A stretch of DNA of 64,000 nucleotides. Source: Octopus bimaculoides (taxonomy: Eukaryota). A program made the position numbers and the translations under genes. Under the pieces are notes generated by a model, which saw only the letters and a program-made list of their open reading frames with translations, was not told the origin of the DNA and searched no databases. Shown here in pieces: positions 25,719 to 38,985 of the stretch (the stretch's first letter is position 1; each line of letters begins with the position of its first letter). The stretch covers positions 57,602,308 to 57,666,307 of the forward strand of contig NC_068993.1 of NCBI RefSeq assembly GCF_001194135.2, in the 5' to 3' direction.

Positions 25719-28563
25719 AGCAAAATGTAGCTTAGTTAAAATATGTTTGTGACACATTTCAACTGATAAATGGCAAATATACTGCAGTTACCTTGCCTTA
25801 GAGAAAATATCTTTGTTTTAGTAAAAAGGTGTTGAAAGCTACGAAATGATGACGAATCAAAACTGCTTACTGATTGTCATAGCTGAATACTACGTCAGCG
25901 ATATTGTTGCACAATAGTCAGAAAAGAAATGAACAATCCGATCTAGGTAAACATAAATATTAACAAATCAAATTAAGAAATTAAGAAATTGATAAAGTTA
26001 AAATCAATATTAAATTAATACATTCTATCCATGACTTAAATTACTTAACAATTCATAAGCTATTACTCATATATTCTCGAGGTACGTGCCTAAATTAAAG
26101 TTTCGTTAAACTATATATAATATATAATACTGTTACCTGTACATAAAGCCTTATATTCATATTAACCATTTAATTTATACTTTAATATTTGGAAACATAT
26201 ATGGAAACATATTTAAAGACGTGAACATATTTGAAAAAGTTCCTATTTACACAGAAAACAACACGGGTTTCGAACTTTGCATTGTTTTGTACCTGTGTTT
26301 GCAGTAGGAAGTTGCTAAATGGCAGATATAATCATTTATGGGGAAAAATTCGCGCTATATTTGTATGGACTTTATTTATGTTATCATATTCATCCTGCTC
26401 TTATCGGTCGGATGAAGTTTTAATGAACTGCAAAGATAGTTTAAGTGTTAAACAGTTTGTGCATCGTCCCGAGTTCATAATCTGCAGAGGCTGACTTCGC
26501 CTATCATCCTTCGAGATCGATATATTCAGTCAGTTGGGTGTTTGCATTTATGATATATAATTCTTGAAGATTTATGTATATAAAAACACGAATTACATAA
26601 TGTTTTCATTATCTTATACCTGTTTCTTCTATCAGAAGCATTGCTCTCGGACATGCGTTTCCGTGCAGCATCCTTATAGATTGTTCAAAGCTACTTCAAT
26701 AATATGTTAAAAAAACTTCAGGCAATAAATATACAACTCATTTAAATGGCTTCGAGGAAGCTATGCAGATGTCGCATAACACTCAGGTCTCAGTGCCGTG
26801 CTTTGTGAAGGAGAAACATCTATAAGCTAATGAAAGTGTTTTAGAAACTGCTGCTTTCAGTCATCATAGAATTGATTGTATGTTCTGTAGCCATTTCATG
26901 ATTTACTCTGAAGCATATTAAGTTCTAAAAACCAGTTATTAGACTCACTGCATGGATACTATCAGGATAATTCGAGTGCATAGGTATACATCTTAATATA
27001 GACTCACGCTATTCTCTATGAGTGTAGACACACACACACACATGTCTGATCATGTAACTGTGAGCACGTGCGTGCACACGCCTACGTATGTGCGTCTTCA
27101 TAAGTTTCATTATCCGTCTGTCCGTCTTTAAAAATTCCATAGGCATGGAATAATGAGAGAATGCAAAGAGGTTTGTACACAACTATTCATTGTAAGCGCA
27201 CCACAATTATATACATACATATATACATACACACACACACATATATATATATATTTACATATGTATATACGTATATGTATATATACACATTTGTATGTAT
27301 TAATATGTAAATATACTTATATATGTATACATGTATATATATATCAGTGTATAGCTATGTATACATATATATATATATATATANNNNNNNNNNNNNNNNN
27401 NNNNNNNNNNNNNNNNNNNNNNNNNNNNNNNNNNNNNNNNNNNNNNNNNNNNNNNNNNNNNNNNNNNNNNNNNNNNNNNNNNNNNNNNNNNNNNNNNNNN
27501 NNNNNNNNNNNNNNNNNNNNNNNNNNNNNNNNNNNNNNNNNNNNNNNNNNNNNNNNNNNNNNNNNNNNNNNNNNNNNNNNNNNNNNNNNNNNNNNNNNNN
27601 NNNNNNNNNNNNNNNNNNNNNNNNNNNNNNNNNNNNNNNNNNNNNNNNNNNNNNNNNNNNNNNNNNNNNNNNNNNNNNNNNNNNNNNNNNNNNNNNNNNN
27701 NNNNNNNNNNNNNNNNNNNNNNNNNNNNNNNNNNNNNNNNNNNNNNNNNNNNNNNNNNNNNNNNNNNNNNNNNNNNNNNNNNNNNNNNNNNNNNNNNNNN
27801 NNNNNNNNNNNNNNNNNNNNNNNNNNNNNNNNNNNNNNNNNNNNNNNNNNNNNNNNNNNNNNNNNNNNNNNNNNNNNNNNNNNNNNNNNNNNNNNNNNNN
27901 NNNNNNNNNNNNNNNNNNNNNNNNNNNNNNNNNNNNNNNNNNNNNNNNNNNNNNNNNNNNNNNNNNNNNNNNNNNNNNNNNNNNNNNNNNNNNNNNNNNN
28001 NNNNNNNNNNNNNNNNNNNNNNNNNNNNNNNNNNNNNNNNNNNNNNNNNNNNNNNNNNNNNNNNNNNNNNNNNNNNNNNNNNNNNNNNNNNNNNNNNNNN
28101 NNNNNNNNNNNNNNNNNNNNNNNNNNNNNNNNNNNNNNNNNNNNNNNNNNNNNNNNTATATATATATATATATATATTTAAACGCGTATGTGCTTATACA
28201 TACACATATACATCATATAGAGAGGGGGGGGTCTTAGATGTAAGCAATAATATATTTATAAGTGAATGGTAGGTGCTTTATGTCTCTTTGAGCGTGTAGA
28301 TATGTGATCGAAGGAATCGGTTTTTCGAAGAATGTGTTTATGTAATATAAGTATATATATATTGATAAACATGTGTGTATGTGTGTGTATACAGGTACAT
28401 GTGTATTTATATGTGCAAAGCATTATCAGCACATCTTGTCATGTATATATTTTTGCATATAAAATTGTATATACGTATGCGTATATAAGCGTTATTTCCA
28501 ATCAATTCACGTATATACTTGAAGTACGCTGACTTGTGTATTATATGTATATGTGTGTAATGT

Positions 28564-28601
<38 letters not shown>

Positions 28602-29026
28602 GTATATATATACTTTATTAGTAAATCTGCAAAGAGATCACAGAATCTGTTACTCAGAGATTTGCGTTTCTTTTAATCGGACATTTTTTTGTTATAGAGT
28701 AAAACAAAATATGCTTATATGCATAAATATACAATTTCGTTGATAGATACACATTTCAGAATAGTTTTATTTCCTTGGTCCTTTCAACTAACCGGTTATA
28801 TGAAATAAAAAATACGATTTAAAATCATATTATTATCAAAATCGAAGTAAACCGTAAATCAAATATTAGCTTTAGGAGAAGGAAAGAAACCTATATACCC
28901 AGGGTAAATTAATTAATGGTAAAAGTAAATTTAAATAAATTTAAAAAGATCAGTACGCATTTTCCTCTGCCTCCGATATTCGAACATAATTTTTTTCACC
29001 CTATGTGCTTACTCGCTGGTATATAT

Positions 29027-29249
29027 CTCTTTTACTCTTTTACTTGTTTCAGTCATTTTGACTGCGGCCATGCAGAATTTCGACCCCCAGGACTTATTCT
29101 TTGTAAGCCTAGTACTTATTCTATCGGTCTATTTTTGCCGAACCGCTATGTTACTGGGACGTAAACACATCAGCATCGGTTGTCAAGCGAAGTTGGGGGA
29201 CAAATACAGACGTGTGTCTGTATTTGTCCCCCAACTTCACACACACTCA

Positions 29250-29283
<34 letters not shown>

Positions 29284-29800
29284 NNNNNNNNNNNNNNNNN
29301 NNNNNNNNNNNNNNNNNNNNNNNNNNNNNNNNNNNNNNNNNNNNNNNNNNNNNNNNNNNNNNNNNNNNNNNNNNNNNNNNNNNNNNNNNNNNNNNNNNNN
29401 NNNNNNNNNNNNNNNNNNNNNNNNNNNNNNNNNNNNNNNNNNNNNNNNNNNNNNNNNNNNNNNNNNNNNNNNNNNNNNNNNNNNNNNNNNNNNNNNNNNN
29501 NNNNNNNNNNNNNNNNNNNNNNNNNNNNNNNNNNNNNNNNNNNNNNNNNNNNNNNNNNNNNNNNNNNNNNNNNNNNNNNNNNNNNNNNNNNNNNNNNNNN
29601 NNNNNNNNNNNNNNNNNNNNNNNNNNNNNNNNNNNNNNNNNNNNNNNNNNNNNNNNNNNNNNNNNNNNNNNNNNNNNNNNNNNNNNNNNNNNNNNNNNNN
29701 NNNNNCGATAAGCCAGCTGGAGGAGATGTCCTCCTGGGGCTAAAAGCAACAGTAACATCCACCCCTAGGGGTCAGCCACACTTAAGTGGCAATATACTAC

Positions 29801-29837
<37 letters not shown>

Positions 29838-29997
29838 GACGGGCTTCTTTCAGTTTCCGTCTACCAAATCCACTCACAAGGCTGTGGTCGGCCCGAGGCT
29901 GTAGTAGAAGACGCTCACACAAGGTGTCACGCAGTGGGACTGAACCCGGAACCATGTGGTTAGTAAGCAAGCTACTTACCACACAGCCACTCCTGCT
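29027..29997 (-). mobile_element. Bipartite SINE A/B with fold-back, gap and nested insert in its internal (TA)n
   Basis: Tail 29027-29211; head and core 29835-29997 (ACGACGGGCTTCTTTCAGTTTCCGTC...CTACTTACCACACAGCCACTCCTGC). Confidence 0.85.
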
Positions 29998-31387
29998 ACA
30001 CATCTGCTAATCGACTGCTACTCAACAAACTTCTACCACGGCCAGACTACCTCTGTTTATGTCTTGGGAGATCCTATTTCTTCGTCTGGAGGTGTCGAGA
30101 CAACCATAAGTATAACAATTTTTTTTAACTTTTCAGTCAGTAGATTGCAGCCATGCTTGGAAACCTCCCACCCCATGCACACACATAAGTCTTGGAGTCG
30201 TTATTCAGTTATTGTAATAGTTCCATATTAGTTGTTTGTGTTCAGCTTGGAACTTTCACTCTCTTTACGGCATTAGATTTTCACGACAATCTTAGTTTCA
30301 TCTTAAGAACGAAATTATGAGACTGGTGCGTCGTTGCCACGTTATGTAATGACCATTGAGAGATAAGAGGAATATTCTTGTAACCAATAAAATCGTCATT
30401 GCTTGATATAAATGATATAAAAATTGTCTTAGATTATTTCGCTTGAAATGCTACAGAAACATTTGTCTACGACAGAAAATATCGGCTCCAATGTATACAC
30501 CACGTATATTTTCGTTCTGATGTCAGAAAATGAAATATAGAATAGCTAGCAGCACCTGCTTGTCATATAATACTTCTGAGTATAATCTCTGGGCGAAGTG
30601 ATTAAACCATTTTGTTTCCAACACACACTCTCATAGAAACGTTTGAATAAACTACAACCACATTCATTCATATGCACGCATGCGTACAAGTACACACGTA
30701 TAAACGTACATGAGCAAACATATTCACACATCCGCACGCGTGCACTTATATACGCTCAAATAACTACACATGTGTTTCACATATTTATTAACAGCTAATA
30801 CGATAATTTATGGACATTTTACAGTGCCATATACACCTCCTTACATAAACAAATTGAAAGAGTTGCACCATATACATTACAATTGTGATAAAACGGGATA
30901 AATAAGACGGAGACATATTCAAATAGGCTGCAAACATAAATAATGATAATCGATCATCAATAATCAGTGAGGCAATAACTTCGATGCTAAATACATAATC
31001 GAGATTTAAGTTAAAGAAGCTTAACTTTAAAAATACTGGAGTACCGGATAAAAATGACAAGTCAAATGTATTAAGATGTTTGGAAAGTAAGGGTAGAGAG
31101 ACAATAGTACCTCTAGCTACGAATATTTCGTGGGTCGTTGTTCTATATTAAATAATCATGAAAGACAGCACGGTGTTCGTTTGTATATGCTACCGCAATT
31201 TACCGTTCGGCAACAAGAGAGCAAATAAATAAGCATGCGGCTTAAAATGCAAATAACTATTGTGGTCGAAACATTGGACGAGAAAAATTCATGAAGGCGG
31301 TGCTCCAGCATGGCTTTGGTCAAAATAACTGTAACAAGTAAGAAAAGATTAAAAAAAGGAAAAAAACTGTATCTATGTATCTACTGT

Positions 31388-31770
31388 GGAGGCGCAATGG
31401 CTCAGTAGTTAGTACAGCGGACACGCGGTCATAGGATCGCGGTTTCGATTCCCAGACAAGGCGTTGTGAGTGTTTATTGAGCGAAAACACCTAAAGCTCC
31501 ACGAGGCTCCGGCAGGGGATGGTGGCGAACCCTGCTGTACTCTTTCACCACACCTTTCTCTCACTCTTTCAGCCTGTTTCTGTTGTGCCTGTAATTCAAA
31601 GGGTCAGCCTTGTCATACTGTGTCACACTTAGTATCCCCGAGAACTACGTTAACGGTACACGTGTCTGTGGAGTGCTCAGCCACTTGCACGTTAATTTCA
31701 CGAGCAGGCTGTTCCGTTGATCGGATCAACTGGAATACTCGACGTCGTAAGCGACGGAGTGCCAACAACA
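31388..31770 (+). mobile_element. SINE family D, near full length
   Basis: A-box-like TGGCTCAGTAG, B-box-like GTTTCGATTCC, ~380-bp body, ends GCCAACAACA. Confidence 0.92.
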
Positions 31771-32947
31771 ATCTATCTACTATATATTCATACACACAGG
31801 TTATGTGAGACTGTTGGAAGGATTCGAAACAGAAAACGTTTATTTGCAATGGAAAGGTCGTAACACCTTAACCACTGGGCCACCTACAATACTTCCTGAG
31901 CGCTCCACCGTCTGTATGCCAACAAGTAAGTAGATAAAGTCTTTCTTTACTGGTTATCTAATTACACTTCCTCTTTATTACACGCCCACGTTTATAGCTG
32001 CCTATTAAACAATGCAACCAACATCTGTCTTATCTTGATTGAGGTGACTGGATTTATCTCGGAAAACACACAACAATAAAGACACTCCATAAAACCATAC
32101 CCCTCTCACCCCGGCTCTTAATTTCTATTTGAGGTTTTATTGAATTATTTTATTTGCTGTTTATGTCCGCCTTTGTTTATGTTTTCGTTCAGTTCTAAAG
32201 AAATTACCGAATATCTATGCATTTAATTATTTGATGTCTGAAAATTCATTGAAACTGCTTTCGATGTGTCAGTTCTTTAGCCCTCGGTCAGGCTTTATCA
32301 GGCGATCCACTGGAATAGACTTACACTTAAAAAAACGTCCCAGCCGTCAACATTCCATCGTTTATTGTGGCATATTCTAACTTGTTGCATTTTGGAAATT
32401 CCTTCACAATTTACTGTCTGTTTCCTGGTCCATTACAAATCGATGCATGGGTTCAATCTCGCTGCGAAACACCTCGGGTAAGCCGCATATCAATGAAAGC
32501 CAGTGTCAGCTTTATTATCTGTTTTAAGACAGTGAGATACAGTCTTTTGAGGTTGCTTTGCCCACTTTAGTTAATGATAATTTAGTAACTCTGGAATTCG
32601 ATGTTGCTGATCTTTGCGCTCATAAACCATGGATGCTGAATCTATAATCTTTTACATAGATCCAAGTCAGGTTTGATCCAGTAAATTTATAGTTTGAACA
32701 TCTCGTCTGTTTTCCATGTAGAAATTTAGAATTACATTATCCAATACGTCCGATCCTTTTTTAGTTGCCAGAGAATAACGCGGATGAGATGTCGTTGCTA
32801 TTTCGTGTAAGACGATTTCTGGATGATAAACGCTCTCTGGTTATCTCGAAGCTCAAAGATATTAGTACTCGTCGTTGTTGACGCTATCTGTGGTGGTTAC
32901 TGTGTGATGTTCATTATAAATATGTAGTTAATACTAGCAATCGGGAA

Positions 32948-33120
32948 TACGGCTAGCTGGCAGAATCGTTAGCACGCCGGACAACATGGTTAGCTGCATT
33001 TCGTCCGTCCTCATGTTCAGAGTACAAATTTCGCGAAGCTCGACTTTGCCTTTCGTCCTATCGATTTCGATAAAATAAGTCTCACTCAAAATTGTTAGCC
33101 TCGTCTCAAATTTGAAACCA
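32948..33120 (+). mobile_element. SINE family C, degenerate
   Basis: GCTGGCAGAATCGTTAGCACGCCGG...CGACTTTGCCTTTC. Confidence 0.8.
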
Positions 33121-34684
33121 ATATTAGCAACGGCGTTGGCATTGAAGGTGGTGGTTGTTTTGTGATGACAGTGGCGGTGATGGAGTTAGTAGTCGTACTC
33201 TTTGCAGATATAGCAGAGTGTGTTAGGCATTGAAGTGTTATTGAAAGCGGTGGTAGTCTTTGTGATGTTCGTGATGGTGGTGATTCTTTGTTGTAACAGT
33301 GTTAAGTGCAGGAGGAAGAGGGCGAAGAGAATAGAAAGAAATTTACAACTGAAAATATTTACCTTGATTTAATTTTATGCTTGTAGTAAAGAGGTCAATG
33401 AGCTCCTCCCTCCAACCCGTCGCACTTCCTAACTTCCTACCACCTATCCCTTGCGTAAACAAGAGTCAGTGCGAGAGAGAGAGAGGGGGGAAGAGAAAGA
33501 TTGGGAGACAGAGAGAAAGAGAAAACTGGCAGAGATTTCCATATGAAATACATTTGTTGTGAACAACGAAAGATCTCTAAATAAAGATCAAGTTACAACT
33601 GTGTGATTTCATGCTTTTGAATACTAAGTTTATATCTTGTAATTTTGTTAGTATTTTCTTTTTTTTTTCTTTCTGTTATTTTCTTACTTTCGTTTCCTGC
33701 TATTTCTGGCACAGTGTGTGAAATTGTAGTGATCCCTAATTTATTCGTCTTCTTCGTATTGTTGCTATTTTGTGCTGATGGGGGAGGGTCTTATTTTTTT
33801 CTTGTTTACAACCTAGTTAAACTTTACCCCTTATACTCGTTATCAAAGGCAATCCTATCTGTTGTTTTCCAAATAGTATTTAGACGTCACATTGTCCGAT
33901 GTGCGCTTTCTAACTTTAATCGGTTGACCAAAATGTTTGGATGGCTTAAAGTGCTACACACCTCGTCATTGTAATGTTCTCTTTAGATAAAACGACAAAA
34001 AGAAAATACGACAGGAAACAATCTATTATGTAGAGGGTAAAATGTTTACCCAGAATGCTATAGAAAGTGTGCGGATCTAGTAAATCAATCTCTCTTTTTG
34101 ACTGAATTCGCATCGAAAAAATATCTAATGTCTTTTAAAACATCTCTGTTAACCCTTTGCCTTCAAAGCTTTCACACGAGTTTGTCCTAAATGTCCATGC
34201 TTATTGCCAGAAAGTTAGTCAACCGTAGTATCATCTGCATTGAGTAATATAAAACTTTCGTCTCTAAGCTTTAGCTGTTTTCAATATTACATAGGATACA
34301 GAGAACACGCATGTATATATATTGTTCTGGTATCTAAGCATCATAAAAGATAGACATTTTCCCAATTCATTTTCAACCACGTTATTTTGGTGGTTATAAA
34401 AGGCATGGGAAAGTGTGTATCTGATATGATACTTGGTTACCAGAGAAACATGTCCTGTGTGTCCTATGTGATACACAGAACATGCAATGGATTAATCTAC
34501 GACTTCCAACAGAAATTAAGTTATAAAGTTCTGGATAGAATAAACTGAATACATATCGGAACACTCTGACTCAAAAATGTACACTTTGGAGAAATAACAG
34601 CTAATAATAATTAGGGTTTTTCTCATATTAAAAATTCTATATTCAAACTATACTCTGTCTAAAGATATGATTGCATTCGAGCAA

Positions 34685-34900
34685 TGTTACGGGGATGTAA
34701 ACACACAAACATCGGTTGTCAGGTGATGGTCGGGGGGACAGACACAAACACACACACACACAACAACTATATATACGACGGGCTTCTATCAGTTTCCGTC
34801 TACCAAATCCACTCACAGGGTTTTGGTAGTAGAGAATTCTTACCCAAAGTGCTGCGTAGTAGAACTGATTCCTGAGCCATGTGGTTGTTAAGCTACGATT
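34685..34900 (-). mobile_element. Bipartite SINE A/B, truncated, short internal repeat intact
   Basis: Tail piece, then (CA)n/(TA)n, then ACGACGGGCTTC core, contiguous with no gap. Confidence 0.85.
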
Positions 34901-34983
34901 GTATGGATGTCAAAGAAAGAATGTTAATTCCATTTTCTTCCGTATGTCTAAACGAATACGCACACACACATATATACACACCC

Positions 34984-35017
<34 letters not shown>

Positions 35018-35603
35018 ATGCGTGTATATGCGTGTATGTGTATCCCTGTGTGTACAGTATGTATATTATGTGTGTGCGCGTATTAGTTTGAGGAAATGCA
35101 GACAGAGCCAGAGATCGGACGATGCGACGAAAGAAAAAAGAAATATAAAACCAGTACTGAAAGAGATATTATGTGTTAAATTACTAATGACAAATGCAGT
35201 AAAAGCTCTGGTTTTGTTATTCTCTGTTTCAAATAGAATAAGAACAATAACTGTGTTATACTTAATGTATCGCGTTTAATATGTAGTTTTTTGAAGGATA
35301 TTTGATGCATATTCTGTAGTGAAAGCAAGGAAAAGGATATCATAGGGCTATAATTATTAAGGGTCAAAACAGGAATTCGAATTTACAGTTCAGAACAAGG
35401 GCTAGGATAACGAGATGCAGTGGTTCCGTATTGAACCAGCGACCAGTTGAAGTTCTCTTTAGTTTGGCATGTAAGCTTATGCATCAGGTGGATAATATTT
35501 TCTTATCTTTTACTTGTTGAAAGTTATCGAACTACGGCCATGCTACAGCACCACCTTTACAGGCTTAGTCGAAGAAATCTATCGCAATATTTATTTCTTG
35601 TAA

Positions 35604-35810
35604 GGCGGCGAACTGGCAGAAACGTTAGCACCCCAGGCGAAATGCTGAGCAGTATTTCGTCTGTTTTTATGTTCTGAGTTCAAATTCTGCCGAGGTCGAC
35701 TTTGCTTTTCATCCTTTCGGGGTCGATAAATTAATTACCAGTTGCGTACTTGTGTCGATCTAATCGACCTAATCTCCTCCCCAAAATTCCGGGCCTTGTG
35801 CCTAAAGTAG
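35604..35810 (+). mobile_element. SINE family C, full length
   Basis: GGCGGCGAACTGGCAGAAACGTTAGC...GAGTTCAAATTC...GGCCTTGTGCC; adjoins a decayed A/B tail (35505-35600, minus). Confidence 0.9.
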
Positions 35811-36800
35811 TTTTGCAGTGTTTGCAAAGCGGGCGGTTAATCCACAAAGTCATGCCTGCCCCGTCGTTTCTTGCATAAGGTGTTTGTTTTCTGACAGGAT
35901 GGGCCTATTGAAGAAATTTGAATAGCCTTTTACTATAAGGCGGATCTGCACTTTTATATACATAAAAAAAAAAGCTTTGATTTATTTTCTTGTTAAACAG
36001 ATGACGTTTATCTTTACTTTTTTATTTATTTTGACAAAAATTAAATTCTAGGTCAGTGGAGTGAAAAAGAAAGGGTATAAAATGTGTCAAAAAAAAATGT
36101 CTGCCTTTCTTATTGTATTTTGAAAATCTTATGTTCTAGATCTTTGGATCTTAGAAGACAACAAGGCTACACAAATACAGACGTATCCGAATCAATTGAA
36201 AAGAATTTAAACAGTTCGTATCATTCCTGTTGGTATTTAAATTTAACCCCCATTAGCTGGTGACCAAAAAGAGATACGATCTGGGGGCCAAGTAATCGAC
36301 TAGAACCAACCTCGAACTTGCTGGCTTTGAGCGAAAATTTGAAACTTTTAAAGGTATCGTCCATGCTAATAGTGTTACATACTTCATCACCACGTTGTAC
36401 CGCATGGTTTACATAGTAATTTAAAATATCAAACGACCTTTTCTTGATAAAGTTTATCCTTGCGCCTCTGATTTTTATGCTTTTTTGTTCTTTCATTCAA
36501 TTATTTCCCCCAAGACACAAGAGAGGTATCGAGTTGCTGCTGGTATTTCGTTTTCCCACTCTCGCATAGGCTGGAGAAGTTGTTTTACACACACTACACA
36601 GACATGCCCACCTATAAGCTTCCCCTCCGCATACACATACGCTCACGTTTGTGTGTGCGCGTCTGTATGTGTGAGTGTGAGTATCTGTGTATGTGTATGC
36701 GTCTGTGTGCGTGTGTATATATAAACCACATATGTCTTCGTGTGCTTATGTATACGTTTATGTATCCAAAAGCATATATATATTTATATATGTATGTATT

Positions 36801-36896
<96 letters not shown>

Positions 36897-37144
36897 AACA
36901 CACTTATGAATACATGGCTATGCCAATATGAATTTAAACATGCTTATGAGATCGTATTTAAGAAATGATAAAGTTAATAAAATAAATGTGTGATAGCTGT
37001 TTGTGTTTGTATGTTTGTACATGTGTGTGAGTGAAAGCCATGCGTGTCTACACACTCATGTACAAAGATATACACGCATACATCTACAAGTATACACACG
37101 TGCGTGTAAGTATATATATATATATATATGTGTGTGTGTATGTA

Positions 37145-37175
<31 letters not shown>

Positions 37176-38497
37176 NNNNNNNNNNNNNNNNNNNNNNNNN
37201 NNNNNNNNNNNNNNNNNNNNNNNNNNNNNNNNNNNNNNNNNNNNNNNNNNNNNNNNNNNNNNNNNNNNNNNNNNNNNNNNNNNNNNNNNNNNNNNNNNNN
37301 NNNNNNNNNNNNNNNNNNNNNNNNNNNNNNNNNNNNNNNNNNNNNNNNNNNNNNNNNNNNNNNNNNNNNNNNNNNNNNNNNNNNNNNNNNNNNNNNNNNN
37401 NNNNNNNNNNNNNNNNNNNNNNNNNNNNNNNNNNNNNNNNNNNNNNNNNNNNNNNNNNNNNNNNNNNNNNNNNNNNNNNNNNNNNNNNNNNNNNNNNNNN
37501 NNNNNNNNNNNNNNNNNNNNNNNNNNNNNNNNNNNNNNNNNNNNNNNNNNNNNNNNNNNNNNNNNNNNNNNNNNNNNNNNNNNNNNNNNNNNNNNNNNNN
37601 TATATATATATATATTCGCTTGTGCCTTGGCATCCAAACACACTTAAGTGTTTTAAAATTGATAATGAAAGAGAACATGAAATGGATGTGATTTTAGTCT
37701 TGAAACCGCATTCATGTGAACATCTCTTCAAAACCTTTGAAAGATCTGACATGCTTAACTTATCAGATGTCCTTATCCATATTTTAACATCTGTTCTATT
37801 AAGCTAAACTGTTAAACGTGGGTTTCTACCAACCCTTTCCGACAATTTGCCACACATTAACCAAGCACCTATGGCAGCTTCTACTTGAATTCTTCTCGCC
37901 GTCCGCTATTGTTACACTAATGGAGGATTAACGTTTAATTGATAATCAGCAACCGCCCAAGATTTTCATTGAACCTAGAATGGTCTGTGCCAAAAAGTAT
38001 CCAGTGCATAACCATCTTGTTTGTAATGCTGAGTGAGTGACCTTGGTTTACATATTTTGTTGATGGCTTATATAGTTGGTTTGTTTTGCTGGAATCATGA
38101 ATGACCAAACATGTCTGATATCAAAAGCTGCCCCAGTTGAGACAGTTACACGAAAGTGCTAAAGATGTAAAATTGGTATATACTATTATGATACACATTT
38201 AGTGGTTATCTAACCATTGTGTTTGTGGTTCGTGGATGGTTAACGGCTTGTATGAGGCGCTGAAGAAGGAGCAAGAATTCCTGAAATGCGCATGTACACT
38301 CATTAATTATTTTTCTATGTCTGATCGTATTGTTTGCACAGATACATAAATACATACGTACATATATACACACACGTATATACATACTTACTCACACATA
38401 CACACGCACATATACACATACATAGAAACACATACATAAACACATACAAACACATATACATACTATGCAGACACACACACACACACAAACACGCATA

Positions 38498-38985
38498 TTA
38501 TTTTACTTTATTCAGTCATTAGAGCACCTATGTAAAGGGCTTTAGTTGAAGAATTAGACCCCATGACTCAGTCCTTTAAACCTAGTACTTTTTCTTTCGG
38601 TCACTTATGCCGAAACTTAAAATATTGGGGACGAAAATAGAAANNNNNNNNNNNNNNNNNNNNNNNNNNNNNNNNNNNNNNNNNNNNNNNNNNNNNNNNN
38701 NNNNNNNNNNNNNNNNNNNNNNNNNNNNNNNNNNNNNNNNNNNNNNNNNNNNNNNNNNNNNNNNNNNNNNNNNNNNNNNNNNNNNNNNNNNNNNNNNNNN
38801 NNNNNNNNNNNNNNNNNNNNNNNNNNNNNNNNNNNNNNNNNNNNNNNNNNNNNNNNNNNNNNNNNNNNNNNNNNNNNNNNNNNNNNNNNNNNNNNGAGTG
38901 GCTCTGTGGTAAGTAGCTTGCTTACCAATCACATGGTTCCGGGTTCATTCCCACTGCGTGGCAACTTGGGCAAATGTCTGTCCGT
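38498..38985. mobile_element. SINE A/B fragments either side of a gap, in opposite orientations
   Basis: Tail on minus 38498-38643; head on plus 38897-38985. Confidence 0.7.

Noticed and set aside
33363-33449. Minus-strand 87-nt open exon candidate (…WREELIDLFTTSIKLNQ)
   Set aside because: No recognisable protein and no supported partner exons; expected by chance
36221-36496. 91-aa minus-strand ORF
   Set aside because: Overlaps a decayed SINE C tail in antisense; no recognisable domain
38260-38300. CTGAAGA...GAAA with palindromic ATGCGCAT (hammerhead-like)
   Set aside because: G at the cleavage position, no helix I, atypical A-U closing pair
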